From: Alicyclobacillus sp. | GTDB taxonomy: Bacteria; Bacillota; Bacilli; Alicyclobacillales; Alicyclobacillaceae | Direction: 5' to 3' | DNA length: 64,000 nt | Assembly (NCBI GenBank): GCA_023511725.1 | Contig: JAIMAY010000004.1 | Coordinates: 32,984 to 96,983 of the forward strand | Shown here: in pieces, positions 41,137-51,319 of the stretch | Numbering within the stretch: position 1 is the stretch's first letter | How the letters are laid out: each line of letters begins with the position of its first letter | Position numbers and translations under genes: made by a program | Notes under the pieces: model-generated | Database searches by the model: none | Told to the model about the DNA's origin: nothing | What the model saw: the letters and a program-made list of their open reading frames with translations, nothing else

Positions 41137-43854
41137 GTGGAGAAACCATGGCATGCGCTGTCCGCTGCCGATTGCCTGCAGAGCTTGGAAACCAGCCCCT
41201 CCGGCCTGACTGCCGACGAGGTTCAGGAACGTCGGCGCAGCCACGGGGCCAACCAGCTCATCGAAGGCAACAAGGTATCGCTGCTCACCATCTTCTTCAA
41301 CCAGTTCCGCGATTTCATGACCATCGTGCTGGTGGTGGCGACCCTCATCTCCGGTCTCTTGGGGGAGTACGCGGACGCCATCACCATCATCGCCATCATC
41401 ATTTTGAACGGAATTCTCGGTTTCGTCCAGGAAGTGCGGGCGGAGCGCTCGCTCGCTGCACTCAAGGAATTGACGGCGCCGATGGCACGCGTGCGGCGGG
41501 ATGGCCGTGTCCAGTCGATCCCGGCCCGCGAACTGGTGCCTGGTGACATCATTCTCCTCGAGGGTGGCGACCGAGTTCCAGCGGATGCGCGCCTCGTCAG
41601 CGCATACGGGCTGGATGTGGAGGAGTCAGCGCTCACCGGTGAGTCCGTCCCGGTGCACAAACAGGCCAACGTCTACGTGGATCCCACGGCGCCATTGGGC
41701 GACCGCCGCAACATGGTGTACATGGGCACACTGGTGACGCGCGGCAAGGCGGAGGCGGTCGTGACCGCGACCGGCATGGCGACGGAAATGGGCAAGATTG
41801 CAGATCTGATGCAGCAGTCCGAGGAGCAGTTGACGCCGCTGCAACGGCGCCTGGACCAACTTGGACGGATCCTGGTGTGGCTCTCACTGGGGATCACGTT
41901 GCTCGTCGTGGTCGCGGGCGTACTGCACGGGCAGCCGCTGTACCAGATGTTCCTAGCCGGTGTGAGTCTGGCTGTGGCCGCCATTCCGGAGGGTCTGCCG
42001 GCTATCGTCACCATTGCCCTGGCCCTGGGTGTGCAGCGCATGATCAAGCGCAATGCCATTGTTCGCAAGCTCCCGTCGGTGGAGACACTCGGTTGCGCAT
42101 CGGTCATCTGCTCGGACAAAACCGGCACCCTCACGCAAAACCGCATGACGGTCCAGCGGGTCTGGGTCGACGGGGAATGGTACCGTGTCACCGGCGCTGG
42201 TTATGATCCGCTGGGGGAGTTTCTGTTCGATGAACGGCCTGTGCAGCCGCTGCGGCGGGCGGGGTTGCGGCGGGTGATAGAGATTGGCGCGCTGTGCAAT
42301 AACGCTGTGCTCGCAGAAACCGAGGAGGGTGAGGGCGGGCGCCGGTTTGTGGTGCAGGGCGATCCGACCGAGGGCGCTCTGCTCGTGATGGCGCGCAAGG
42401 CGCACTTTGAGGTGGAGGGTTACGAACGCATTGACGAGATTCCGTTCGATTCGGAGCGCAAATTGATGAGCGTGCTGGTCAAGACCCCGGACGGTGAAGT
42501 GTTGCTGCTGGTCAAGGGCGCGCCGGATGTACTGCTGGAGCGGTCGACGCAGGTGTACACCGGTGGCCGTCCGGAGCCGCTGTCGGCCAGCCTGAAAAAG
42601 CGCATCTTGGTGGCGAACGAGCAGATGGCCGCCGCCGCGCTTCGCAACCTCGCCTTCGGCTTTCGGCGCTTCCCCAGCGTGGAAGCGGCGAAATCCGAGA
42701 GAGATCCCGAGCGTCAGCTGGTGTTCGTGGGCATGGTCGGGATGATGGATCCGCCTCGCGAAGAGGTGTACGAAGCGATACAGAAGTGCCACCGTGCCGG
42801 CATTCGCACCGTCATGATCACGGGGGACCACCGGGAAACCGCTATCGCCATCGCGCGTCAGCTCGACATGCTGCCCGAGAAAGGGCGCGTGCTGACCGGG
42901 CCGGAGATGGATGCCATGACCGATGAGGACCTCAGCCGCATCGTGGACCAGGTCTACGTGTACGCCCGCGTGTCGCCGGAACACAAGCTCCGCATCGTGC
43001 GCGCGCTGCAGGCGCGGGGAGAAATTGTGGCGATGACGGGCGACGGTGTGAACGATGCGCCCGCCATCAAGCAGGCGGATATCGGAATTGCCATGGGGCA
43101 GAACGGGACGGACGTGGCCAAGGAGGCCTCCGCGCTGGTGCTGGCCGACGACAACTTCGCCACCATCGTCGCGGCAGTCGAGGAAGGGCGCGGCATCTAC
43201 GATAACATCCGCAAATTCATCCGCTATCTCCTCGCGTCCAATGTCGGTGAGATTGTCACCATGTTCGTCGCCATGCTGGCGGGCATGCCGCTGCCTCTGA
43301 CACCCATCCAGATCCTTTGGGTCAATCTGGTGACGGATGGGCTGCCCGCCATCGCGCTCGGGGTGGATCCTGCCGAGCGGGACATCATGGACAGGCCGCC
43401 GCGTCCGGTCAACGAGGGTATCTTCGCGCGCGGCCTGGGCGTGAAGATCCTCAGCCGCGGTATCCTCATCGGCGTCGCCACGCTGGCGGTCTTCCTGTGG
43501 GCGCTGCGGACGGCGCCTGGTGACCTGAAGCGGGCGCAGACGATGGCCTACACGACGCTGACGCTCGCCCAATTCATCCTGGTGTTCGATTGCCGCAGCG
43601 TCGAAGGCGGTATCCTGAAGCGCAATCTGTTCGAGAACATCTGGCTGTGGCTGGCGGTGCTGTCGTCGGTGGCGTTGTTCTTGGTCACGTTGTATCTACC
43701 GCCGGTGGCGCGCCTGTTCGGCACCACACCGCTCGCGGGGATGGACTGGGTGATTGCACTGGTGGCCGCGGCGTTGCCCACCTTCTTGTTGTCGGTTCGG
43801 CGTGCGGGTCGCAAGGCGCTGCGCCCCAAGGCGACGCCGGTGCGCGCGCGCTGA
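41137..43854 (+). CDS. yloB: P-type Ca2+-transporting ATPase (YloB-like)
   Basis: Contains [19 protein letters not shown] and GDGVNDAPA motifs and 10 TM segments. GTG 41137 lies 8 nt after AGAAGGGG; the track ORF starts at GTG 41128. Confidence 0.92.
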   Translation: MEKPWHALSAADCLQSLETSPSGLTADEVQERRRSHGANQLIEGNKVSLLTIFFNQFRDFMTIVLVVATLISGLLGEYADAITIIAIIILNGILGFVQEVRAERSLAALKELTAPMARVRRDGRVQSIPARELVPGDIILLEGGDRVPADARLVSAYGLDVEESALTGESVPVHKQANVYVDPTAPLGDRRNMVYMGTLVTRGKAEAVVTATGMATEMGKIADLMQQSEEQLTPLQRRLDQLGRILVWLSLGITLLVVVAGVLHGQPLYQMFLAGVSLAVAAIPEGLPAIVTIALALGVQRMIKRNAIVRKLPSVETLGCASVICSDKTGTLTQNRMTVQRVWVDGEWYRVTGAGYDPLGEFLFDERPVQPLRRAGLRRVIEIGALCNNAVLAETEEGEGGRRFVVQGDPTEGALLVMARKAHFEVEGYERIDEIPFDSERKLMSVLVKTPDGEVLLLVKGAPDVLLERSTQVYTGGRPEPLSASLKKRILVANEQMAAAALRNLAFGFRRFPSVEAAKSERDPERQLVFVGMVGMMDPPREEVYEAIQKCHRAGIRTVMITGDHRETAIAIARQLDMLPEKGRVLTGPEMDAMTDEDLSRIVDQVYVYARVSPEHKLRIVRALQARGEIVAMTGDGVNDAPAIKQADIGIAMGQNGTDVAKEASALVLADDNFATIVAAVEEGRGIYDNIRKFIRYLLASNVGEIVTMFVAMLAGMPLPLTPIQILWVNLVTDGLPAIALGVDPAERDIMDRPPRPVNEGIFARGLGVKILSRGILIGVATLAVFLWALRTAPGDLKRAQTMAYTTLTLAQFILVFDCRSVEGGILKRNLFENIWLWLAVLSSVALFLVTLYLPPVARLFGTTPLAGMDWVIALVAAALPTFLLSVRRAGRKALRPKATPVRAR

Positions 43855-43885
43855 GGCGGGATCGGCAGCATCGTCATCGACCCTC

Positions 43886-43927
43886 CGGCCGGTGTGGACG
43901 GTACGTCCGTGCACGCCGGCCGTTTTT
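43886..43927 (+). terminator. Rho-independent terminator after yloB
   Basis: CGGCCGG (43886-43892) pairs with CCGGCCG (43916-43922), with inner GGACG/CGTCC pairing, followed by TTTTT at 43923-43927. Confidence 0.65.
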
Positions 43928-43993
43928 GTGCGCCTGCACACGGTGGCGCCCGAGGCCGTGCGAGCGCGTGCGGAGAAGCGTGGCGAAGCTAAC

Positions 43994-44023
43994 TTGTGTT
44001 ATCCGCCGCTGCTGCGCTACAAT
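43994..44023 (+). promoter_or_regulatory. Candidate sigma-A promoter TTGTGT-N18-TACAAT upstream of yloC
   Basis: TACAAT at 44018-44023 and TTGTGT at 43994-43999. Confidence 0.4.
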
Positions 44024-44049
44024 GGTCTCACTTATGGAGGCGGCACACC

Positions 44050-44931
44050 ATGGCACCGAGAAGCATGACCGGCTTCGGCCAGGCCGAGGCTGCGGCGGGT
44101 CCCGTTCGAGTGCGGGTCGAGATGCGGTCGGTCAACCATCGGTTTTCGGAGTTCAGCATCCGGCTGCCGAGGGACTGGTCGGCGCTTGAACCCGCGGTAC
44201 GGCAGCGGCTTGCGGAACGCATCTCGCGCGGGCGGGTGGATGTCAGCGTGCAGGCCGACTGGACGGGCCTTCCCGGGCGCATTGCGGTCGATTGGGCTCT
44301 GTTCGATGAGTTGGTGTCCGTGGCACGCGAGGCGGCAAGGCGCCTGAAGCCCGGCGACGATGCGCGACCAGCGGTCATGGAACTGCTGCAATTTCCCGGC
44401 GTGGTGACCGTGCAAACGGATACCGCGGCGGACGAGCTCACGGATGTACTGTGGTCCGCCGTGGATCAAGCGCTGGACATGCTCTTGTCGATGCGAGAGC
44501 GAGAAGGCGCAAGGCTGGCCCGCGTGTTGACGGCGTGTGTGGACGAGTTGGAGCGATGGGTCGCACGCATGGCCGAGGCCGCACCGCAGGCCGTGACGCA
44601 CTATGAGGCGCGCATCCGTGAGAAGCTGGTGCAGGCTGTGGGACCGGCGGCGGCTGACGACGCGCGGTTGTGGACGGAGGTCACACTGTTCGCGGATCGT
44701 GCCGCCGTGGATGAGGAGATTGCCCGGCTGCGCAGCCATATTGCGGAGTTTCGCCAGACGCTGCAGAGCGGCGGGCCGATGGGCCGGCGGCTTGATTTTT
44801 TGGTTCAGGAGATGCACCGTGAGGCGAACACCATCGGCGCCAAGTCGCAAGACCTCCAGTTGTCGCGCGCGGTGGTGGAGGCCAAGGTGTTGATTGAGCA
44901 ACTCCGTGAACAGGCGCAGAACATCGAGTGA
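44050..44931 (+). CDS. yloC: YicC family stress-induced protein (YloC)
   Basis: Contains the MTGFGQAE...VEMRSVNHRF N-terminus and the C-terminal DUF1732 motif LVQEMHREANTIGAKS. ATG 44050 lies after GGAGG. Confidence 0.88.
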   Translation: MAPRSMTGFGQAEAAAGPVRVRVEMRSVNHRFSEFSIRLPRDWSALEPAVRQRLAERISRGRVDVSVQADWTGLPGRIAVDWALFDELVSVAREAARRLKPGDDARPAVMELLQFPGVVTVQTDTAADELTDVLWSAVDQALDMLLSMREREGARLARVLTACVDELERWVARMAEAAPQAVTHYEARIREKLVQAVGPAAADDARLWTEVTLFADRAAVDEEIARLRSHIAEFRQTLQSGGPMGRRLDFLVQEMHREANTIGAKSQDLQLSRAVVEAKVLIEQLREQAQNIE

Positions 44932-44982
44932 ATTACTCGTGGAAGAACCCGCCGCAAAGATGCGGCGAGGGGGCGTGCAACC

Positions 44983-45249
44983 GTGTCCATCAAATTGATC
45001 AATATCGGTTTTGGCAACATCGTCGCGGCCAACCGCATCGTCACCATCGTCAGCCCAGAGTCCGCGCCCATCAAGCGCATCGTTCAGGAGGCGCGCGAGC
45101 GCGGTATGTGCATCGACGCCACCTACGGGCGCCGGACGCGCGCGGTGATCATCACGGACAGCGACCACGTCATCCTCTCCGCCGTGCAACCGGAAACCGT
45201 GGCGCACCGACTGATGGCGAAGGATCAGATGGTGGAAGATGAGGAATGA
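44983..45249 (+). CDS. remA: Extracellular matrix / biofilm regulator RemA (DUF370, YlzA)
   Basis: The sequence [72 protein letters not shown] is near-identical in pattern to B. subtilis RemA. Confidence 0.93.
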   Translation: MSIKLINIGFGNIVAANRIVTIVSPESAPIKRIVQEARERGMCIDATYGRRTRAVIITDSDHVILSAVQPETVAHRLMAKDQMVEDEE

Positions 45250-45253
45250 GGAT

Positions 45254-45856
45254 ATGAGTCCGCGCGAAGGGATCCTGTTTGTGCTCAGCGGCCCCTCCGG
45301 TGCCGGGAAGGGCACGGTGTGCAAGGCGCTGACACAGCGCATGCCTGAGTTGTGCCTGTCGGTGTCGGTGACGACCCGGTCTCCGCGCCCAGGCGAGCAG
45401 GAGGGCGTGCATTACTTTTTCCGCAGTCACCAGGAGTTTGAGGGCATGATCCAGCGCGGAGAGCTGCTGGAGTGGGCCCGCGTCTTCAATAATTACTATG
45501 GAACACCGCGTAGATTTGTTGAAGAAAAGCTGCAAGCTGGTTACGATGTATTGTTGGAGATTGACATCCAGGGGGCGATGCAGGTCAAGCAGCGTTTCCC
45601 CGAAGGGGTGTTCATCTTTCTGATTCCGCCGTCCGCGACGGAATTGCAGGCGCGCATCCTCGGGCGCGGCACGGAAACGGATGAGTCGTTCCGGCAGCGG
45701 TTCAATGCCGCGCGCACCGAGTTGCAGATGATGCGGGAATACGACTATGTCGTCGTGAACGACGTCGTGGAGGCGGCCTGTGACAGGATTCAGGCCATCG
45801 TCACCGCGGAACACTGCAGCGTGCAGCGCAATCTGCAGCTCCTGTCGGATTGGTGA
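45254..45856 (+). CDS. gmk: Guanylate kinase
   Basis: Contains P-loop [14 protein letters not shown] 45254 lies 7 nt after GAGGAA; the track ORF starts at 45239. Confidence 0.93.
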   Translation: MSPREGILFVLSGPSGAGKGTVCKALTQRMPELCLSVSVTTRSPRPGEQEGVHYFFRSHQEFEGMIQRGELLEWARVFNNYYGTPRRFVEEKLQAGYDVLLEIDIQGAMQVKQRFPEGVFIFLIPPSATELQARILGRGTETDESFRQRFNAARTELQMMREYDYVVVNDVVEAACDRIQAIVTAEHCSVQRNLQLLSDW

Positions 45857-45873
45857 CGCTCGGGAGGCCTGAG

Positions 45874-46113
45874 ATGGACGTCATCACGCAAAGCGAGGGA
45901 GTGGGCGTGCTCTATCCGTCCATTGACGAATTGATGAAGTTGGTGGACAGCAAGTACACGCTGGTGGTTGTCACGGCCAAGCGGGCGCGACAGCTTCAGG
46001 ACCAGAACCTGGGTCAGCCCGGGATGTCCACGACGCGCAATGTGAGCCGTGCCCTGTGGGAGATCCATGACGGCAAAGTCACGTATGTGCGGACGCGCGA
46101 CGGCCTGAAGTGA
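45874..46113 (+). CDS. rpoZ: DNA-directed RNA polymerase subunit omega
   Basis: Contains LYPSIDELMKLVDSKYTLVVVTAKRARQL. ATG 45874 lies 6 nt after GGGAGG. Confidence 0.9.
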   Translation: MDVITQSEGVGVLYPSIDELMKLVDSKYTLVVVTAKRARQLQDQNLGQPGMSTTRNVSRALWEIHDGKVTYVRTRDGLK

Positions 46114-46127
46114 GACGTGGGGAAGTG

Positions 46128-46156
46128 GAACAACCTGAGGGTTGTTCTCTTTTTTC
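46128..46156 (+). terminator. Rho-independent terminator after rpoZ (GAACAACC-TGAG-GGTTGTTC, then TCTTTTTT)
   Basis: Perfect 8-bp stem 46128-46135 / 46140-46147 followed by a T-run. Confidence 0.75.
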
Positions 46157-46211
46157 ATGTCTGACCCCGACGGGCCTCCCGCGCAGCAGGGAGAGGAGTC
46201 GGTGACTTCCG

Positions 46212-47426
46212 ATGCAGCAAACGGTGGTACTCGGCGTGGGGGGAGGTATCGCCGCCTACAAATCGGCTGCGCTCGCCAGCCAGCTGGTCAAGCGCGGGTA
46301 CGACGTGCAGGTGCTGATGACCGAGCACGCCACGCGGTTTGTACAGCCGCTCACGTTTCAGGCGCTGACCAAGCGCGCCGTGATTGTCGATACCTTCGCC
46401 GAGCCGGATCCGGGCGAGATCGCCCATATTGCGGTGGCGGATCGGGCGGCGCTGTTCCTGATTGCGCCAGCTACCGCCAATCTCATCGCCAAGCTGGCGC
46501 ACGGTATCGCGGATGACATGGTGACCACGACCGCGCTGGCGGTGCAGGCGCCCGTGGTCATCGCGCCCGCGATGAACGTCCACATGTACGAGCATCCGGC
46601 CGTCCAGGAAAACCTGGCGAGGCTGCGGCGGCGCGGGGTCATCGTGATTGATCCCGCCAGCGGACCGCTGGCCTGCGGCTACACGGGTACGGGCCGTTTG
46701 CCCGAGCCGGAAGAGATTGTCGCGGTGGTGGAGGCGGTATTGTCGCGCCCCTCGGACCTGGCGGGCCTCTCGGTCCTGGTGACCGCCGGACCCACCGTGG
46801 AAGACATCGACCCCGTGCGTTTTTTGAGCAATGGGTCCTCCGGCAAGATGGGCTATGCCATCGCTGAGGCCGCGCGGACGCGCGGGGCGCGTGTGACGCT
46901 GGTGTCGGGGCCGGTATCGCTCGCCCCACCGGCGGGCGTCGAGTTGGTCCGGGTGCGCTCGACGCAGGACATGTACGACGCGGTGGCGGCTCGCATCCAC
47001 CAGGCGGATGTCTACATCAGCGCCGCCGCACCGGCGGATTTCCGGCCGCGCGAGCGGCTGTCGACCAAGTGGAAAAAGGGCGATGGCGTTCCAGCCTTGG
47101 TGCTGGAGCCGACGGTCGACATCCTGGCGGAGATGGGACGCCGAAAAAAGGCGCATCAGACCTTCGTCGGCTTTGCGGCCGAGACAGGCGACGCCGTGGC
47201 CAAGGCGCGTGAAAAGCTGGCACGCAAGAATCTGGACCTGCTGGTGGTCAACGATGTGAGCCAGAAGGATGCCGGCTTCGCCGTGGACACCAACCGCGTG
47301 ACGCTGCTGGACAAGCGAGGCGGTGAGCAGGCGCTGCCGCTGTTGCCCAAGCATGAGGTGGCCGAGCGCATTCTGGATGCCGTGGTGCGCCTGCGCACAG
47401 ACGCTGACGGGGGGCCACCCGCATGA
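46212..47426 (+). CDS. coaBC: Bifunctional phosphopantothenoylcysteine decarboxylase / phosphopantothenate--cysteine ligase
   Basis: 404-aa ORF with a flavoprotein N-terminus (VVLGVGGGIAAYKS), a CoaB C-terminal half, and Bacillus synteny. Confidence 0.92.
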   Translation: MQQTVVLGVGGGIAAYKSAALASQLVKRGYDVQVLMTEHATRFVQPLTFQALTKRAVIVDTFAEPDPGEIAHIAVADRAALFLIAPATANLIAKLAHGIADDMVTTTALAVQAPVVIAPAMNVHMYEHPAVQENLARLRRRGVIVIDPASGPLACGYTGTGRLPEPEEIVAVVEAVLSRPSDLAGLSVLVTAGPTVEDIDPVRFLSNGSSGKMGYAIAEAARTRGARVTLVSGPVSLAPPAGVELVRVRSTQDMYDAVAARIHQADVYISAAAPADFRPRERLSTKWKKGDGVPALVLEPTVDILAEMGRRKKAHQTFVGFAAETGDAVAKAREKLARKNLDLLVVNDVSQKDAGFAVDTNRVTLLDKRGGEQALPLLPKHEVAERILDAVVRLRTDADGGPPA

Positions 47427-49843
47427 CGGAACGCGTGGCCGAGGTGGTCGTACACGTGCGTACGCGCGCGCTGGACCGGACGTTTGATTACCGGGTGCCG
47501 CCCGCATGGGCGGACCGGCTGCAACCGGGCCAGCGCGTTTTCGTGTCGTTCGGCCGCCGTTGGGTGGCGGGGTTGGTCTGGCGTGTGAAGACGGTAAGTG
47601 CAGCCCATCCCGCCCTCAAACCCATCCACCAGGTGCTGGACGACGAGCCGCTCCTGACGCCGCCGCTGCTGGCCGTGTGCGAGTATCTCACGGATCGGTA
47701 CGCGTGCACGTTGGTGGAGGCGGTGGAAGCTGTGCTGCCGGGACCGTTTCGGACCGTGGAGAGACGCGTGATCGAACGCGGGGAGGTCGTGCCGCAGGAC
47801 GAGGAGCTGCGCGAGGCGTGGGCGTGGCTGGCCCGTCCGCGCACCTTCGAGCAACTGGAGCGCCGCTACGGACTGCGCGCCGCATCGCTGCTGTCCGCGC
47901 TGACCGCCATCGGGGCCGCCCGGGAGGTGGCGGTGGGGCGCGATGCGGTGACGGATGAGCGCGTGCCGGTGCTGCGGGCCCTTGCGGCGCCCGACGCGCT
48001 GCGTTTGTTTGCGCAGGCGCGCGAGCGGCGGGCACCGGTGCAGGCCGCCTTGGCGCGGGCGCTTGTCGAGACGCCGGAGCTCCACCTCCACACAGCGGGC
48101 CGGAGTCCATCCGAACGGGCGGTGCAGGCACTGGTGGAGGCCGGGCTCGCGGAGATGGTGTGGGTCTCCGTCTACCGCAAGCCGGCAGCGGGCGTCAGCG
48201 CAGAGGCCGCGCCACCGGAATTGACCCCCTGGCAGCGTCGCGCGCTGGATAGGCTCGAGGCTGTGCTAGAGGCCGGCGGGGGACGGCGTGCGCTGCTGCA
48301 CGGCGTGACCGGCAGCGGCAAGACCGAGTTGTACCTGCGGCTGATTGGCCGCTGCCTCGAGGCAGGCGGGGGTGCCATCGTACTGGTGCCGGAGATTGCG
48401 CTCACCCCGCAGCTCGTGGGTCGCTTTGAGGCCCGCTTCGGGGATGCGGTGGCCGTGCTCCACTCCGGGTTGTCGGATGGCGAACGGCGCGACGAGTGGC
48501 TGCGGTTGAGACGTGGCGAGGCGAGAATTGCGGTCGGCGCCCGATCCGCGGTCTTCGCCCCAGTCCAGGACCTGAAGCTGATCATCATCGACGAAGAGCA
48601 CGAACCGGCCTACAAGCAGGAGGACGCACCGTACTACGACGCCCGCGACGTGGCGCGCTGGCGAGCGGAGCATGAGGGCGCGGTCGTTATCCTCGGTTCC
48701 GCCACGCCTTCACTCCACGCGATGAGCGATGTCCAGCGAGGAAAGATGGACCTGGCGGTCCTGCCGGTGCGGGTCACCGGCCAACCGCTGCCGCCCGTGG
48801 AGATTGTGGACATGCGCGAGGCACTGCGCAGCGGTGAGCGAGGTATTCTCAGTCGCCAACTGCAGCAGGGTGTCGAGGAAGCCTGTTCGCACGGACGCCA
48901 GGCGCTGCTGTTCCTGAACCGGCGCGGGCTGGCCGCGTTCGTGCTGTGCCGCGGGTGCGGCCATGTGCCGGTCTGCCCGCACTGCGACATCTCGCTGACC
49001 GTGCACCGTGAGGGCGGACAGACCGTCCTGGTCTGCCACTACTGCCAGCACCGGGAGCCGCTCGAGGATGTGTGTCCGGTGTGCCGTGAACCGGCGCTGC
49101 GACCGTTCGGGATAGGCACGCAGCAGTTGGAGGAGGTTGTCCGATCCCGCTGGCCGCAGTGGCGCGTTCTGCGTCTCGACGTCGACACCGCACGACGCAA
49201 GGGTGCGCACGGCGCCGTGGTGCAGGCGATGCTCAACCGCGAGGTGGACATCCTGATCGGTACGCAGATGATTGCGAAGGGTCTCGATTTTCCCGGCGTG
49301 GCCTTCGTCGGTGTGGTGAGTGCCGATACCATGCTCGCGGTGCCCGATTACCGGGCCGCGGAGCGAACCTTTCAACTCCTCGCGCAGGTCGCGGGCCGCG
49401 CGGGCAGGGCCGGCGACGCGGGGCGCACGGTGATCCAGACGTACCGACCGGAGCACTACGCCATCCAAGCGGCGGCGCACCACGACTACAACGGTTTCTT
49501 CGAGCGGGAACTGAAGATTCGCGAGGCGTTTGGCTACCCGCCGTTCAGTGAGCTGGCGGTGTTCCGCGCGATGCACAGCGAGGAGCGCTGGGCGCAGGCG
49601 GCTGCGTCGCGGTTTGAACGGGAGTTGCGGCGTGCGAGTCTCGGCGCGGGCGCGACCGTGTTGCCGGCCGTGCCGGCGGGCGTCCGGCGGGTGCATGATC
49701 AGTTTCGGTATCAGGTTGTGGTAAAGTATTTGCGATGGGACGACGTGCGTGACGCTGTCCGCGCGGCGTTTGACGCCGTGATGACGCGTATGCGAAAAGT
49801 CGGGGGCACCTGTGCATTGGATGTCGATGCTGCTCGTATCTAA
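47423..49843 (+). CDS. priA: Primosomal replication restart helicase PriA
   Basis: Contains Walker A GVTGSGKTE, DEEHE, and the Cys-rich Zn region CRGCGHVPVCPHC...CHYC...CPVC. ATGA overlap with coaBC. Confidence 0.95.
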   Translation: MTERVAEVVVHVRTRALDRTFDYRVPPAWADRLQPGQRVFVSFGRRWVAGLVWRVKTVSAAHPALKPIHQVLDDEPLLTPPLLAVCEYLTDRYACTLVEAVEAVLPGPFRTVERRVIERGEVVPQDEELREAWAWLARPRTFEQLERRYGLRAASLLSALTAIGAAREVAVGRDAVTDERVPVLRALAAPDALRLFAQARERRAPVQAALARALVETPELHLHTAGRSPSERAVQALVEAGLAEMVWVSVYRKPAAGVSAEAAPPELTPWQRRALDRLEAVLEAGGGRRALLHGVTGSGKTELYLRLIGRCLEAGGGAIVLVPEIALTPQLVGRFEARFGDAVAVLHSGLSDGERRDEWLRLRRGEARIAVGARSAVFAPVQDLKLIIIDEEHEPAYKQEDAPYYDARDVARWRAEHEGAVVILGSATPSLHAMSDVQRGKMDLAVLPVRVTGQPLPPVEIVDMREALRSGERGILSRQLQQGVEEACSHGRQALLFLNRRGLAAFVLCRGCGHVPVCPHCDISLTVHREGGQTVLVCHYCQHREPLEDVCPVCREPALRPFGIGTQQLEEVVRSRWPQWRVLRLDVDTARRKGAHGAVVQAMLNREVDILIGTQMIAKGLDFPGVAFVGVVSADTMLAVPDYRAAERTFQLLAQVAGRAGRAGDAGRTVIQTYRPEHYAIQAAAHHDYNGFFERELKIREAFGYPPFSELAVFRAMHSEERWAQAAASRFERELRRASLGAGATVLPAVPAGVRRVHDQFRYQVVVKYLRWDDVRDAVRAAFDAVMTRMRKVGGTCALDVDAARI

Positions 49844-49879
49844 CCCTATGAAGGGGCCGAGAGGAAGGTGGGATGGCAG

Positions 49880-50353
49880 GTGGCCATACGCATCATACGT
49901 ACGGGAGAAGATCCGATTCTGCGCGAGATTTCGAAGCCGGTGAAGGAGATCAACAAGGGGATTGAGAAACTGCTGGACGACATGGCCGAGACGATGTACG
50001 ACGCGGATGGCATTGGTCTGGCGGCGGTGCAGATTGGCGTGCCGAAGCGCGTGATCGTCATGGATGTGGGCAATGGCCTGATTGAACTGATCAACCCCGA
50101 GATCTTGGAACGGCATGGCACACAGACGGCGGTGGAGGGTTGCCTGTCGCTGCCCGGCATCCGCGGTGAGGTGACGCGTGCCCAGCGCGTGGTGGTACGC
50201 GGCCTCAATCGCAAGGGCGAGACGGTGACCATCGACGCCACGGACCTGCTGGCGCGCTGCGTCCAGCACGAAGTGGATCACCTGGACGGGATCCTGTTCA
50301 CGGATTATCTGCGGCCGGATCAAATCCAGCGGGAAAAGGAGCTGCAACGCTGA
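49880..50353 (+). CDS. def: Peptide deformylase
   Basis: Contains EGCLSLPG and QHEVDHLDG motifs. GTG 49880 gives the typical (M)AIRIIR N-terminus; the track ORF starts at GTG 49868. Confidence 0.93.
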   Translation: MAIRIIRTGEDPILREISKPVKEINKGIEKLLDDMAETMYDADGIGLAAVQIGVPKRVIVMDVGNGLIELINPEILERHGTQTAVEGCLSLPGIRGEVTRAQRVVVRGLNRKGETVTIDATDLLARCVQHEVDHLDGILFTDYLRPDQIQREKELQR

Positions 50354-51319
50354 ATGCATGCGGATGCACCGCGTGTCGTGTTCATGGGCACGCCGGAGTT
50401 CGCGGTGCCCATCCTGCGCCGCCTCGCCGACATGTACCCGCTCGCGGGCGTCGTGACGCAGCCGGACAAACCCGCCGGGCGTGGCAGGGCGCTGACACCG
50501 CCGCCCGTGAAGGTCGCGGCCGAGGCGCTTGGGATCCCGGTGTTTCAGCCGCGGCGCGTGCGGGAACCGGAAGCTCTGGCGTTCCTTGGTCAATGGCGGC
50601 CTGACCTGATCATCACGGCCGCGTACGGGCAGATCCTGCCGCGCGCACTGTTGGCGTTGCCGACGCATGGATGTCTGAATGTACACGCCTCGTTGCTGCC
50701 TCGCTGGCGCGGGGCTGCACCGATTCACCGCGCCGTGATGGCGGGGGACGAGGAGACCGGGGTGACCCTGATGCGCATGGTGGAGGCGCTTGACGCGGGT
50801 CCGGTGCTGGGGGCGCGCCGTACGCCCATCGGTCCGGACGAAGACACGGGTGCTGTGCATGATCGGCTGGCCGAGCTGGGCGCGGCGTTGGTGGCCGAGT
50901 TGGTACCCCGCTATCTGGCAGGGGAGATCACGCCGGTGCCGCAGCCGGAGGAGGGTGTGACGTACGCCGAGCGCATTCAGCCGGGGGACGAATGGGTGCC
51001 GTGGCATCGTTCGGCCGCCGACGTGCACAATCACGTGCGGGGTCTGTCACCCTGGCCCGGCGCGGCGACGTTGTGCGAAGGCGAGCGCATCAAGGTGTGG
51101 CGCACCACCCGGCAGAACGTGTTGTCGATCCCGCCCGAAGCACCGGGTACGCTGCGCTGGGAAGGGGGCCGCGTGTTCGTAGCCTGTGCCGATGCGTGGC
51201 TGGCGCTGGAAGAAGTGCAGCCCGCCGGTCGCCGGCGGATGCCGGCCGCGGCCTGGTGGCAGGGTCTCCGTCGAACGCAGGTGCGCTTTACGTCGCCGGA
51301 GGAGGCGGCCGGGGCGTGA
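50354..51319 (+). CDS. fmt: Methionyl-tRNA formyltransferase
   Basis: Contains VVFMGTPEFAVP and HASLLPRWRGAAPI. The start codon abuts the def stop. Confidence 0.95.
   Translation: MHADAPRVVFMGTPEFAVPILRRLADMYPLAGVVTQPDKPAGRGRALTPPPVKVAAEALGIPVFQPRRVREPEALAFLGQWRPDLIITAAYGQILPRALLALPTHGCLNVHASLLPRWRGAAPIHRAVMAGDEETGVTLMRMVEALDAGPVLGARRTPIGPDEDTGAVHDRLAELGAALVAELVPRYLAGEITPVPQPEEGVTYAERIQPGDEWVPWHRSAADVHNHVRGLSPWPGAATLCEGERIKVWRTTRQNVLSIPPEAPGTLRWEGGRVFVACADAWLALEEVQPAGRRRMPAAAWWQGLRRTQVRFTSPEEAAGA

Noticed and set aside
41953-43572. 539-aa minus-strand ORF
   Set aside because: It lies antisense to the P-type ATPase gene (DKTGT and GDGVNDAPA are in the plus frame).
48710-51034. 774-aa minus-strand ORF spanning three genes
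   Set aside because: It lies antisense to priA, def and fmt. An ORF that crosses three well-supported sense genes is a GC-composition artefact.
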